Made by a program: the position numbers and the translations under genes. DNA of 64,000 nucleotides from Oikopleura dioica (Eukaryota > Animalia > Chordata), in the NCBI GenBank assembly GCA_907165135.1, contig OU015569.1, positions 1,426,001 to 1,490,000 of the forward strand, given 5' to 3'. Below the pieces are notes generated by a model. It was not told the DNA's origin and ran no database searches. It saw nothing but the letters and a program-made list of their open reading frames with translations. Below, piece after piece: positions 50,820 to 62,738 of this stretch (its first letter is position 1; the number at the start of each line of letters is the position of its first letter).

Positions 50820-52533
50820 ATGCCAGCAAAATCAAAGAGTGCCAAGAAGCCAGAGTCGGTGAAAGCCGAAACAATCAAATCAAAAAATGAAATCACAGGA
50901 ACAAGCTTCGCAGTGAAAATTGCAGTCGCAAGTGTTCTTTTCCTCTTGCTCAAGAATTTCGCTCATCGGTGAGTGGTAAATTTCATCTAACAAATGCTAA
51001 TTCTATTTTTAGAGGGATCGAAAAAGCTCTTGGCGAAAGCCGGGTTTATGAGAAAACAGAGCCTTTTTTCACGATCGATAACTTTATGGACGAAGAAGAC
51101 ATCGATGAGCTCCGCCAATTTCTTTACAAAAAGCGCCGATTTGTCACTGGACTCGATGCATTCTCCGACGACCGAGGAATCGAGCACATTGGCGAAGGAG
51201 TAGAGGCGGACGAAAATGGAAACTGCCCGAAGGATCTTTACCGAACTGAGCAAGGAAACTGCTTCATCCCCGGACGATTCGACATTGGCAAGCATTTCTT
51301 CCTCACCGGCGGTCTTACTGGAGCAAAAGAAACTTACGAAAAACTGTTGAGCTCAATCTACGCCTACTACGGAATTCTGCCAAAGGATTTCATCGAAACC
51401 AGTCCGATTCTCGAGCGACTTTTCAAACGACCTCAGTACGTTGAAGCTATGGACACTCTCTGCCGAAACCATGGCCAGGAAGATTACTACTTCAAACCGA
51501 CTCAGGTACTATCCAAATCTAACCACTCAAGTTTGCCCATCATCAAATCTTAGGTTAACATCGTTCTCGTCACTCCCGGCCAAGACTTGCCGCTTCATTA
51601 CGATAACGGATGGTTCTGGGGCGCCAATCGATTCACCATTCCCGACTATTTGACCGTCGCCATGACCACTTCTGGACTTTGGGATCACCTCAAAATTCGA
51701 CAAGCGCAATCTGTTGTTTACCTTCACGGCAGCAAGGACGACCCCATTTTCAAGCACGGCGGAAAGTAAGCAAAAAATATTGCGAGCAATTTCCTTATGA
51801 AATTTCTAGCTACGTCTTCTACCCTGATGGTCCTGGCGGTGAGATGCGACAAATTGTTCCAAAACGAGGAATGGGAGTGATCATGGACGGTGGTCAAATG
51901 TAAGATTTTAAAACCAATAACAAGTGATGATTGTTCTATTTAGTCCCCACGGAGGTCAGCGAATCGCCGAACATTACACTGTCGCCAACCACGGAGGCAA
52001 AGATCAGTTCCACCGAGTTGAGTACCAGAGCAACGATACTTGGTACATCATGAACGATGACGATATCATCTCCACCGTCAAAACTGAAGATCTCCGACTC
52101 AGCTTTGTCTGGCGCGGACTCTGCTTCGACAGCAAAGAGCACGCCGACTCGTACGACTCTTATCCAGGTGACTTTAGTAATGATAGAGAACAGATGGACT
52201 AACTCAAGTTTAGAAATCCCACTTGAAGAAATCCTCAACACCTTTGAAGCAGACATGAAGAAGCGAGGCGTCCTTCCTAAAAATGCTCCTCGACCACCAC
52301 CAAAAGAGTTTGCCCACACTCTCATCAAGACCTACATTTCCATGCCGCCACAGAACGTGCACAACACTCTTCCATTCAACTACTGCATAATCTCCAAGGA
52401 ATACCCCTGGCTCAAGACGATTCTTTCGCCGTTCTGCGAGGACGTACAGCCGTACAAGCGGCTGAACGACGAGCTCCCTCCTGCTCGTCCTTTCTGCGGC
52501 GGTAGAAAATCCACGAATTGTCCAGAAGAGTAA
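50820..52533 (+). CDS. Membrane-anchored 2-oxoglutarate/Fe(II) oxygenase-like protein
   Basis: N-terminal anchor (FAVKIAVASVLFLLL); spliced PGQDLPLHYD (HxD), YVFYPDGP, distal PHG, RLSFVWR; 6 exons. Confidence 0.7.
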
Positions 52534-52632
52534 TTTTTTACGGAAATGAAGATATGCTAAGTTTGTATACTCAAAACTGTTTGTTTATGTAATTAGTTTT
52601 ATCGACCCTGTTTGTCCTCGTTCAATGATAAA

Positions 52633-53213
52633 GACGCGCTTTTTTTAAGGTTGTGCAAGTTATTTTTCTTATTGTATGATTCTACACCAGGAACACCATA
52701 TATAGTTGGAATCAGTGAAAAATTCTGAGAACTTTGACCTTTTTAGTTTTCGAAAATTCCGTTTCCGGTCCGATTCTAGAGCCGGAAGTTGACGTAATTT
52801 AGGTGTAAGGGTAACGTGTGAGGTATCAAATTGATGCTCAGAAGATTCTGAGTCACCTCATCATCATTTCATAGGAAAAAACCGTCCCAACCGCGGTCTA
52901 ACCGACTGGTTAAACTATGAAAAAAAGCTTAAATTGATGAATTTTTTTTCAGTTTTAACCGGTTGCTTTCACCGGGATTCTCTTCGTAAATGAAAGGAAA
53001 TCTTCTGAGCATCAATTTAATAGATCACGCTTTACCCTAACTACTAAATTACGTCAACTTCCGGCTCTAGAATCGGACCGGAAGTGGAATTTTCGAAAAC
53101 TAAAAAGGTCAAAGTTCTTAGAATTTTTCGCTGATTCCAAATATATATGGTGTTCCTGGTGTAGAATCATACAATAAGAAAAATAACTTGCACAACCTTT
53201 AAAAAAGCGCGTC
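52633..53213. mobile_element. Fold-back element with ~215-bp TIRs (Mutator-like MITE)
   Basis: 52633-52848 and 52999-53213 are reverse complements, with few mismatches in the outer ~160 bp; G-starting ends; AT-rich flanks atgataaa/aaaataaa (imperfect TSD). Confidence 0.85.
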
Positions 53214-54188
53214 AAAATAAATACACATGTAAATATGAATTTCTGGTGAGTTTGTCTTTGTTTCTTTTTTATTTTGGACTCTTGGATCTCATAATCTTGC
53301 TAATCACTAGAAACCGGTTCACCGGACGCTCACTCGCCTCGAGTCAGACCCGAGGCGCCCTGTGAATGGCACGAGCTCGCGGACGGCGTCGTGCCCCCTC
53401 TAGGAGTCGGTTTTTCGTCATCGAGTCAGTCCCCGAAGGAACTACAGTAGAGGGCTTCTGAGGTTGTCCAACCGAACGAACGTATAGTCATCTTATGGTT
53501 TTTCGGCTCGAAAATATCAATGAAGTGAAAAAGCTAGAACAGTATTAGTGATGAATTAGTACTGTTTCCCTTACCAAAAGGAACTGCTCTAACGAATTGA
53601 CTACAAAGAAAAGCCTGTATGGGTTTGGTTTTGTAAAGTTCAAGAAATCACTTCCTTTCTGAATCACCAGACGGCCCTGCATAAGTCTTACAATTTCCTC
53701 AAAACCCAATTGAATCCTCCGCGCCAGCTGCTTCCTGTCCAATTGGTCGAGTTACGTCATTCCCGGCATCATCTTGATTTTCATCAGAGCGGCGCTTTTT
53801 TTTCATTTTTGGGGCATTTCCGAAGTCGCGAGAAAAAAAAGGAAGAATTTTCTAGATCGCGGGGCGCCGCCCCCGGTTTTCCTCGATGATCGCATTCGGC
53901 CATTCCTCGGTCCTCCGCTCACCCAAATTCGAGCAACAGGTAAATCAGAGAATTCGTCCTTGTCGAGTGCTTATTAGAGAAAATCTAGGCGAAAAATTAA
54001 GCGATTATTATTGGCTAAAATTTTACACGCCACGCGCTGCGTAAATTTGTGCTTATTCGCCGAAACAGGGATTTTTTCAACAAAATGATCGTTTTTTAAA
54101 GATTTTTTGGTTTTAGAAATTGTTGATTCAGAGAGCTAACACGATACGGTGCCCGTGTTTGGATCAGAAAGAGGCGCAAGACTACGAA

Positions 54189-57100
54189 ATGCGCCGCGCG
54201 TCGAACACTTACGACCCACGTGTCGATATTCGGGTAAGATTTCTCTCTTTTTACTGAACTGTAAAAACTCGCTTCCTTCTGTTCTTTTTTTCTGATATTT
54301 TACTCCGACTCTTCAGAACTATCCTGTGAGTCCCGAGAAGTACTTTTATCTCCTAAGGAAGGAAGGCAAATTAGAATCTTCTGAAACTTTTGATCTTGAT
54401 CTTGACTCATTCGAGGTTGATACCCTTATTCTATGTTCTCAAAGCAACGCGCTCTCTTTAGTACAACAGTCGGACGACCAACAAAGTCACCCGGGAGCAG
54501 CTTTTCAACGCGATCGACGCCTACAAGGGCAAAGATGCCGACGTCAAAGTTGCAGTGAAGGAGATCCAGCTCATCCTTGGCGAAAATCCCGACCTGATCT
54601 ACGAGGTGGACGATGACGGTGACAACGCGCTGATCCACGCGTGTAAGCGGCAAATCCACCCGCGATACCGCAACTTCTGGATTCGAAAAGGGCCCGACAT
54701 CGAGGTCGTCAACGCACTACTGCACTACGGCGCCGATCCCAATGCTCGAAATCAAGAAGGAAAAACAGCGCTGCATTACGCCTGTATGTTTGAACCGCGA
54801 AGCTCCAAAGTTCGGTTAGTTCTTACTTAAATTAAGCGGTAAAGAGCCTTACGCCTTTTCTAGTGATATGTACGAAACAATCACAAAAATCAACGAAGAG
54901 GAAAAGCGTCTTCTCACCCGAGTCGTCCGAAAACTCATCAAGTAACCTTTTTTTCACTGTCTGCTTTTCTTATTTTCACTCTTCAGAGCCGGTGGTGATC
55001 TTAGACTGCACGATAAAGATAACAAGCTGCCATTTGATTACGCAAAGGTATCATTGATTATTTAGTGACCGTTTACTAACTGTATCAAAAGGAAATCCAT
55101 CAAACACGATTCCGAAACGAGATGGTCAAGTTCCTCAGCTTCCAAAAGGAAGAGTTTATCCGCGACATTGATATGCATGTAGATCCAACTCGGTTGAATC
55201 GGGTGATTCCTGGCTTGAAGAAAAAGAATGCTAGAAAGGTGAGTGAATTAGAATGAAAAGGACGATCCAAGTGTCTAGGAGAAAAAGAGGAAGGAAGACG
55301 AGATTAACTCGTTTTTAGGGCCGCCTCTTCTAAAGGTACCAGATACATTCATCTCTAACTAAAATGAACTATTCAGACTTTGATGGGAAAGCCAAGTTTC
55401 ATCCTTGACCAGCCGAAGCTCAAGTTCACCGGTTTCGGAGTTGTGCTCGAGAAGACCGGAGGCAAGATGGGCGGCTTTGGCGAGGCGTGCTCCATCCCGT
55501 ACATTCACGACTCGACCCTGTTTGACCAGAAGAGCGAGCAGAAGATCCGCATTCGCCACTTGAGCCTCATCATGTCGCGACGTGTTTGGCGCGGGACACC
55601 TGTCACCTATCTTTCCCGCGAAGAGGATCTTCCCGACGAAAAGGGCGACCTGAAGAGTTTCGAACGTTCAGACAAGTACGATCATCTCAATGCTGAGATC
55701 ATGAAGAACTCGACCATTCGTCACCCGAATTTGCTTTTGATGATGGCGCTCGTCCACGATCAATCTTCGGCCCTCATCAAGGGAATCGTTTACGAACGAG
55801 TTGAGCTTGGCACAATGAAACACTTGATGAAAATCGGACAGGTACCAAAACTCTCCTTTGTCATTTTCTAATCGTTACTATTCTAGGAGATCGAGCCCTT
55901 CGAGTGGGTGCCGTTGATGACTCAAATTGCCGACGCCGTTCAATTCCTCCATGAGTCCAATATCATCCACCAAGCGATCATTCCTGAAGCTATCATGATC
56001 ATGTCGTCAAAAGTCGCGAAGCTCGGAGCTCTTTGTTTCTCCCGCCCCGCGAATGACAAGTCTTTCAATTACGAAAGTACCCGGATCCCCGAACGTCTCC
56101 ATCGATACATCGCCCCTGAAGTCCTCCGAAATGACCTTCCAACAAGAGGAGTCGACGCGTTCTCTCTTTGCGCTGTTCTTTTCGAGCTCATGACCGGTTA
56201 TGCTCCCTGGGCTTCCACTAAGGTAAGAAATTTCAAACCTCCATGTACTCAATACCAATTTAGAATGCAAAAGATCGCGTTAGTATCGAAATCCCTGCCG
56301 AGGCTCCGCCGACCGATCTCCATACAACTGTCCGAATCGGCCTCTCACTCGAGCTGCGGGAACGTAAAACTCGCCTTATCGACATCATTTACGTTCTTGG
56401 AAACATCAAGATGATGTACCACCGACTCGAGTGTGAATCGCGCAACACTGGATCCTATACTGGATCTTACCAGACAATGAAACGTAAGTCTGGTGTCAAT
56501 CGACACTGAAAATCATCCATATTTGTAGGCGCACAAAACTTGACCGATTCGCCAAACAGCAAAGCCTCCAGATTCTCCCGAGGTTCGAGATTTTCTCGAC
56601 CCTCAAAGTTGAGCTTTACTCGACGAAAATCTGCAACTCTAGCCGACGTCCGACCAGTGGGAAGTCTCCGATACTTTGAGGAGGTCTCTAGCAAGCGCCA
56701 ACGTAAGTTTAGAATGAGTACACAATCTACTTATACGCATTCAGCCGATTATTTTGTGGACATGAATGCAAATCCGACCCTTGAAGATCTTGACTACACA
56801 CAGCCGTTCCATCTTCAGTACGACACGCATACTGTCTCCGCCCCTCCAACCTCCCGATCGAAGCAATCGTCTATTCGAATGGAGCAGTACCTCACCGAAC
56901 AGCTTCAACACGTCTCCTTCAATAAAGAAGACATCAGTGAAAATGCGCCAACACCCGAGCGCCGACAAAACACTACTCCTGCGCGCGGAAACATCTTTGC
57001 TGATCTCCAGAAGGAAATTGACACGGCCCAGAATGAGCCTTCCGAAGGCTACGACTTGAATGGACTTCGCACTCAACTTGAAGATGCGAAGCGGCAGATC

Positions 57101-59067
57101 GAGGAACAAGAGGCGCAGATCAAATCGATGGAGGAGACACAAGACCTCTACGTCACTGCCCGCGAAGATCTCGACGTAACCCCCGAATGGTCAACGAGCC
57201 ACCCATTTGTCCGCCACGAAAGTCGACCAGTGCCATGCGCGTTCGACACCACTCCGACTGTGAGTCCAAAGAATCCTACGAGACTCAACTGAATGCAGCT
57301 TGGTTCGCCAAGCGAAAGGAGGAAGCTAAGAAGGCAAGAGAAGCAAAGGAAGAGGCGATGTTCAAAGTCCCAGAAGTGCCACAGGTGGACGCCAATTCAT
57401 TGAAGAAATCAGCTTCCAGCACCTCCAACGCGTCCTCCAAAGGATCCTTTAGCGCTGGTCTTATCAACCACTTCGAGCGAATTTCGGCCATTGCTTTGTC
57501 CAAGTCAGAGACCTCACTGCCCACACCACGAATTAAAGAGACAGAGCCACGAGAAGCCAAATCATCAATCTGGTTTGAATTTTCTCTCATGAAACTCATT
57601 TTTTTTAACTCTTTTTAGCCATAACTACATTGATGCGAGCATTGAGGAAAAGATCGAGATCTTGGCAGCGCCGTCTACATCTGCTACCGACACTGCCAAA
57701 TTGATTTTGAATGACACCTTCAACAAGGCAGTCCCAGCAAGCTGCTTGGAAGAAGCTATCGACGACAACAGTTTCGATAGTGAAGTTCTGCTGTCCGGTT
57801 CGGACGTTTCCCGAGCTCGCAGCTATACCGCGAGTATCAGTAGCATTGCCAGCTCGCCCTCTGAGACCTTGCCACGAGCAGAAGAGTCAACTTTTGAGCC
57901 CCCGACTGATCAAACTCTTGAATGGCAGTACGACGACTTTGTCGCCGAAAAACTCTATGGTAAAACAGGCAAAAATCAAATCTCTCAAACAATATCGTAA
58001 GGGCTCGATCTCAATGGAAAGAAAGTCTTCGGAAAGGGCGAACATCACGTCCCCGTGACCGAGTACATCGACGACGTCGATAGCGAAGAAGCTGTAGTCG
58101 TCAACCGCGAAGAGATCGATTACATGGAACCCAAACTCGTCGAAGCAAAGTCAAAGATGCGTGATGCAAACGAAATCCCTCGCATCTCAGTTCAGGTAGA
58201 CTTTATTGACGAGGTCCAGCTTCTTACAATAATTCCAGACCGCCACTCCACCATTTCCCACTCTCCGAAAGACCTCCGGCATGGATGTGCGCCAGCTGCC
58301 AAAGCCCAACTTGGGCTTGAGCGATCTTCAAGAGGAGAGCCTCAACGTCACCCAAGACCTAGGAAAAGTGCCGCAGACACCATCACGACTTTCCTTTCCG
58401 CAAAAACTTGCCAAGTTTCGAAATGCGGAAGCATCAACAAGCAGCGAAAAGTGCATCTTCACTGCTCCACGAAGCAAGGGAGACGTTACTGATAGCGACA
58501 AACCAACTCCGCTGTCCGTAGTGACCTCTACTCCATCCGTGGATCGATTCGGCAAGACAGTAAGTCATTATTTTCGGAATTGGATAGTTGGAAACATAGA
58601 GGAGAATTTGAATCAACTTTCATCGTTCAGGCACAGCTGGAGGAGTTTGATTTGAACGACTCTTTCGAAATCGAAGGAGATACAGCTCTTAGCTTGAAAG
58701 AAGACCAATTAAATGACGAATCCGATTCGGGAGAAGCTTCCGAGATCTCCTTCGTCGCGAAGCGCTTGTCCAGTCCTCTCCGAGAGGCAGAGGAGATCAA
58801 GCAGATGATCAGCGATTCGCAGACATCGTTACTCGCCGCAGAGCAAAAGCAAAGAGCCGCAGAAGGCATTGAAGGGCGACGGGCTATCCTTTCTCGTTGC
58901 AAGCAGCATGAAACCTTCTCCAAGTCAGTCGATTACGAAGGTAAGACGCTCTCTTCGATTATGTCAGTAATCAAAACGATGGAATAGGTTTTGCTGGACT
59001 TGAATCCGAAGAAGATGGAAACATGAACGAGACGATGACCATTTCCAAAGGAGGAAACAAATATTAA
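54189..59067 (+). CDS. TEX14: TEX14-like ankyrin-repeat pseudokinase with a long acidic/Ser-rich tail
   Basis: Ankyrin repeats; AGGDLRLHD (54988-55014); VWRGTPVT; AEIMKNSTIRHPNLLLMMAL; IVYERVELGTM; QIADAVQFLH; YIAPEV; YAPW. These are colinear with human TEX14 as I recall it. Catalytic K, HRD and DFG are not conserved. Confidence 0.8.
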
Positions 59068-59839
59068 AGAAAAACACTCCATGAAAAAACAGAAAAAAGA
59101 ACAAAAAAAACATGAAAAAATTTAAAAAAAAAAGAACAAAAAAATACACATCGCCTAAAAACTTTAGTGCGAAATCAGGGAACTATTATTTTCCCACTGC
59201 CATTTATCTTCAACAATTCCAGGCGTTTAGTTCCTTTTTGCGAGCTTTTCATCCTTTTTTGTTGACCTTCCATTTATCGTTTTGATTTTTGAATTTTTCC
59301 GCGGCCTCTTTCTTCTTTATTTTTCCATCGAAAAATATCGTCGAAAGGTTGCATTAAATTTTTATCCCATTTTTTGCTCTCAATAATTATTGATTAACTC
59401 ACTTCTGAAATAATTAAAGTAATTATTGCGCAAAATTTGTCTCTATTGAACACTGTCTTTGCTGCTATTTGCCCTGACAACTATGAGAGTTAATAAATAT
59501 CTATTTATTTTATTGCCTGACTTTTCGTACTGATATTTTCAAGCTTGAAAATCTCAGAGAGTCCCGAGTCCTTGCGAGTTCATCTTGTTTTGCAGCTATT
59601 TTTTTGCATCACCTGACCTTTGTCATCAACTTCAAATCAATCACGACTTCAGTAAATCAACAGGGTTATTACTGACATGTAGAAACGGTTTTTCTAAGAA
59701 ACCGAATAAATTATAAGTAATTATTTATTCTTAAAAAACGTAGTTTTAATAAATAGAACACGAAAAGTTTTTCCTGAATTCATTTAAAAAGTTATATTCT
59801 TGAAATTATCAAAATTTAAAATTTCTCGGAGTCGAGCCG

Positions 59840-60070
59840 CTGGCATTTGTGAGTCACTGGGAGGGTGGTGATTGGCTGGGCGGCGCCTTTGAAGTGCGAT
59901 TTGGCGAGTTCGAGGCGCAAGTTCCACCCAGAAACAGAGAAAACGGGTACTTTCCGCGCTTGGCTCTTCGCTCGAGTCGAGTTGGCGCGGCGGGACGGGC
60001 CGGGCCGGACTCCTGCTCGCGGAGAGGCGGGCGCGCGCGGCCCGACCCGCTGCTGACGTGGCACCAGGCG
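59840..60070 (+). promoter_or_regulatory. GC/CpG-rich putative SAR1 promoter with AP-1, CCAAT and UPRE/box-B motifs
   Basis: TGAGTCA 59850-59856, GATTGGC near 59870, GC boxes, TGACGTGGCA 60054-60063; acceptor ggattag at 60667 implies a spliced 5' end. Confidence 0.55.
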
Positions 60071-60687
60071 AGAAACAAATCTCAAATCTCCAAAACTAAA
60101 ATCCAACAAACTCAGAGTCTCGCCCTTTTTCAGTAATTACACTTTGCAAATACCAAAATAAGAGATTATCCTTTCCAGCACGAAGATTCTTCCGTATGTT
60201 AATTTTTTTAGTCTTTTCAAATTCAATTATTTGTAAATCTAAAAGCTTTTCTTCAATTATCGCTAATCTCTTAATTAATTTAACAAAGAACACTTTTCAG
60301 TTATCGATAAATATGATTATTTCTGTTATTATTTAATTTTTGATCTCCAAAATTATTATTTTTGTTAAGAAAAATTTTTAAGTCTCATTTTTTTCGAGTA
60401 CTATTCAAAAAAAATAAAAACAATTCTGTAAAATTTGATCTGAAACTTCAATTTTTCTATAGAATTAAGATAATTGATTTTTCTTTATATTGAGATTTAA
60501 AAATCATTTCTTGAAAATTAGTTTCGCTAAAAATATCAAGCTAGACATGTTATTTTGTCTCTTGGCTAGGCGAGAGTCTATTTACCAAGTTGGACCATCA
60601 TCACCAGTTTTAAGCTTTTCTTTTGTTTTAAATTTTCGAGAAATTCTTCATCGTCTTTTCGGATTAGACTGACACGAATTCGGAAAG

Positions 60688-61628
60688 ATGTTTTTGTGGG
60701 ACTGGTTTACTGGCGTGCTGAAGGGCCTCGGCCTCATGAACAAATCTGGTAAGGAATTCTGTACTGGGATCGGCAACCTGTGTAGAAAACCTGACTCAGG
60801 TTCAGAACATCTGGGTCTTTTCAGCTTCGTTTTCTAAAAGCCGCTACGCTGCTTTTCATTTGAGCTCCTTAAAACCTGACTCAGGTTTTCTACCGAGGTT
60901 CCCGATATCTGATTCTGTAACTAAGTATGTGAAATGCTGTTTAGGAAAATTGATGTTCCTCGGACTCGACAACGCCGGTAAAACCACCTTGCTTCACATG
61001 TTGAAAGACGACCGCATGGGAATCCACGAGCCAACACTGCATCCTACTTCTGAAACGCTTTCCATGGGTCAGTTATCCAGCTTGAAGACATTCTAACGGC
61101 CTTGTTCTTTTCAAGATCTTTAAAATAGTCTTTAGGTGGAATGAAATTCACGACTTTCGATTTGGGCGGTCACGAGCAGGCCCGCCGAGTGTGGAAAGAA
61201 TACTTCCCAGCCGTCGACGGAATCGTCTTCATGATCGACTGCGCCGACCAAGAACGTCTCTACGAATCCAAGGTTGGTCTTTCATCCCCTTTTTCTAGAT
61301 TACACTTACCGCCCCCTAGCATTTGTGTTCAAGAACCCTTCAAGTCGTCCGTTCTTTTACCCTTTAATTTCAGGCTGAGTTGGACCAGCTTCTGACAGAC
61401 GAGCAAGTGGCGAACGTTCCCGTCCTCATTCTTGGCAACAAAATCGACAAGCCGGGCGCTTGCTCCGAAGAACAGCTGCGACACTTTTTCCAAATGGCGA
61501 CCACGGGGAAGAACGCGCCGAGAATAGACGAATTGAACACGCGCCCGATCGAGCTCTTCATGTGCTCGGTGCTGAAGAAGCAGGGCTACGGCGAGGGCTT
61601 CCGCTGGTTGGCCAACTACATCAACTAG
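60688..61628 (+). CDS. SAR1: Small GTPase SAR1 (COPII)
   Basis: MFLWDWF; GLDNAGKT; HPTSE; [12 protein letters not shown]; NKID; [16 protein letters not shown]; 4 exons. Confidence 0.98.
60764..60911. mobile_element. Family B MITE in the first coding intron of SAR1
   Basis: CTGGGATCGGCAACCTG left end, degenerate right end, perfect 8-bp TSD attctgta (60756-60763 and 60912-60919). Confidence 0.88.
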
Positions 61629-62738
61629 AATGCTAGAATGAAAGAAAGAAAAACACACAACCGCCCTTACCCGCCCCAACAACTACAACTGCAAATATGA
61701 ATTCCGCAATAATGAATACAAATACAAAGAAACCTTATGATTATATGATATCTGCTCTCCGACAATAACCGAAAAGATGAAAATAATGAAAGTTATAACC
61801 CGCTTCTTAAAAAAAACACCAACCAACAAGAAACAACACGGACGACCTTTTTCACTGCTTTACAAAAAATTCTGATCAATATTCAAACTTGAGAGTGAAA
61901 AGTTTTCACTTAATGACGAAAAACCTTTAACAAAAACTTAAAAATATAATAAACCTTTCAAAATAAACGTTTATCGTCAACTCGTCTTTTGATCGAAGTA
62001 TTTACTAAATGCAAGTTATTAAAAAGGCTTTTCTAGTTAGTTTTTTTGTTTTTTAATTTTAAAATCTAGTCTATTCTTTTCGCAGTTTTTTGATAGTTCT
62101 TTACTTCTACGGGGAGATGTGTTTTACATGCAAATTTGTACTTGAAAATAGAAACTACGAATTCTCGGTTCTTCTGAAAATAATGCTCTCTAGAATTTCC
62201 GGGTAATGTAGTTCCTCGTATCTTCATGTTAGTTTGAAGGATTGAATTGAAGACATGATTGTGTGTAAATACATCTCTTTACTATTTTCGGTTCCGAGCA
62301 ATTTTCTCATTCTCCAAATCTCTAACATACTCACACTTCCAGATCCGCATCTCTAGCCTCTACCCAGCCTCTACTCATTCTTATATTATCACAAAAAGTA
62401 TCTTCAGCAAGAACAAAACTCAAACTAGACTATATAAATCTTCTTTTTTTTTCCATTTCGCGATGGCGAATTTAGGCTTATTTCAGTTGTCACCAACCTG
62501 GTTCCTAAATCTAAGTTTAGCTCGACTTCCACGATAATTTTCCCTTTTTTCCAGAGAAAATTTGCAGTTTTGATAGTTTCGAGCTAGTTATTTTTTTACT
62601 AATTCCCCTATTAAACTATTACCATGCTATAGTATCATTATCGTTTTACTCAATCGTGATTTGTCTATCAGTGCAATAGCAATTCTTTAATTCTGATTCT
62701 TTCGCCTTTAGTATATTTACTTCAGTTTCGGTATTCAA

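Noticed and set aside
59068-59150. A-rich tract as a retroposon tail
   Set aside because: No TSD or upstream element; consistent with a low-complexity 3' UTR.
59856-59876. ERSE in the SAR1 promoter
   Set aside because: It reads CCAAT-N9-CCCAG, not the required CCACG.
59816-60136. GC-rich ORFs upstream of SAR1
   Set aside because: A by-product of the CpG-rich promoter; Arg/Gly/Pro-rich with no domain.
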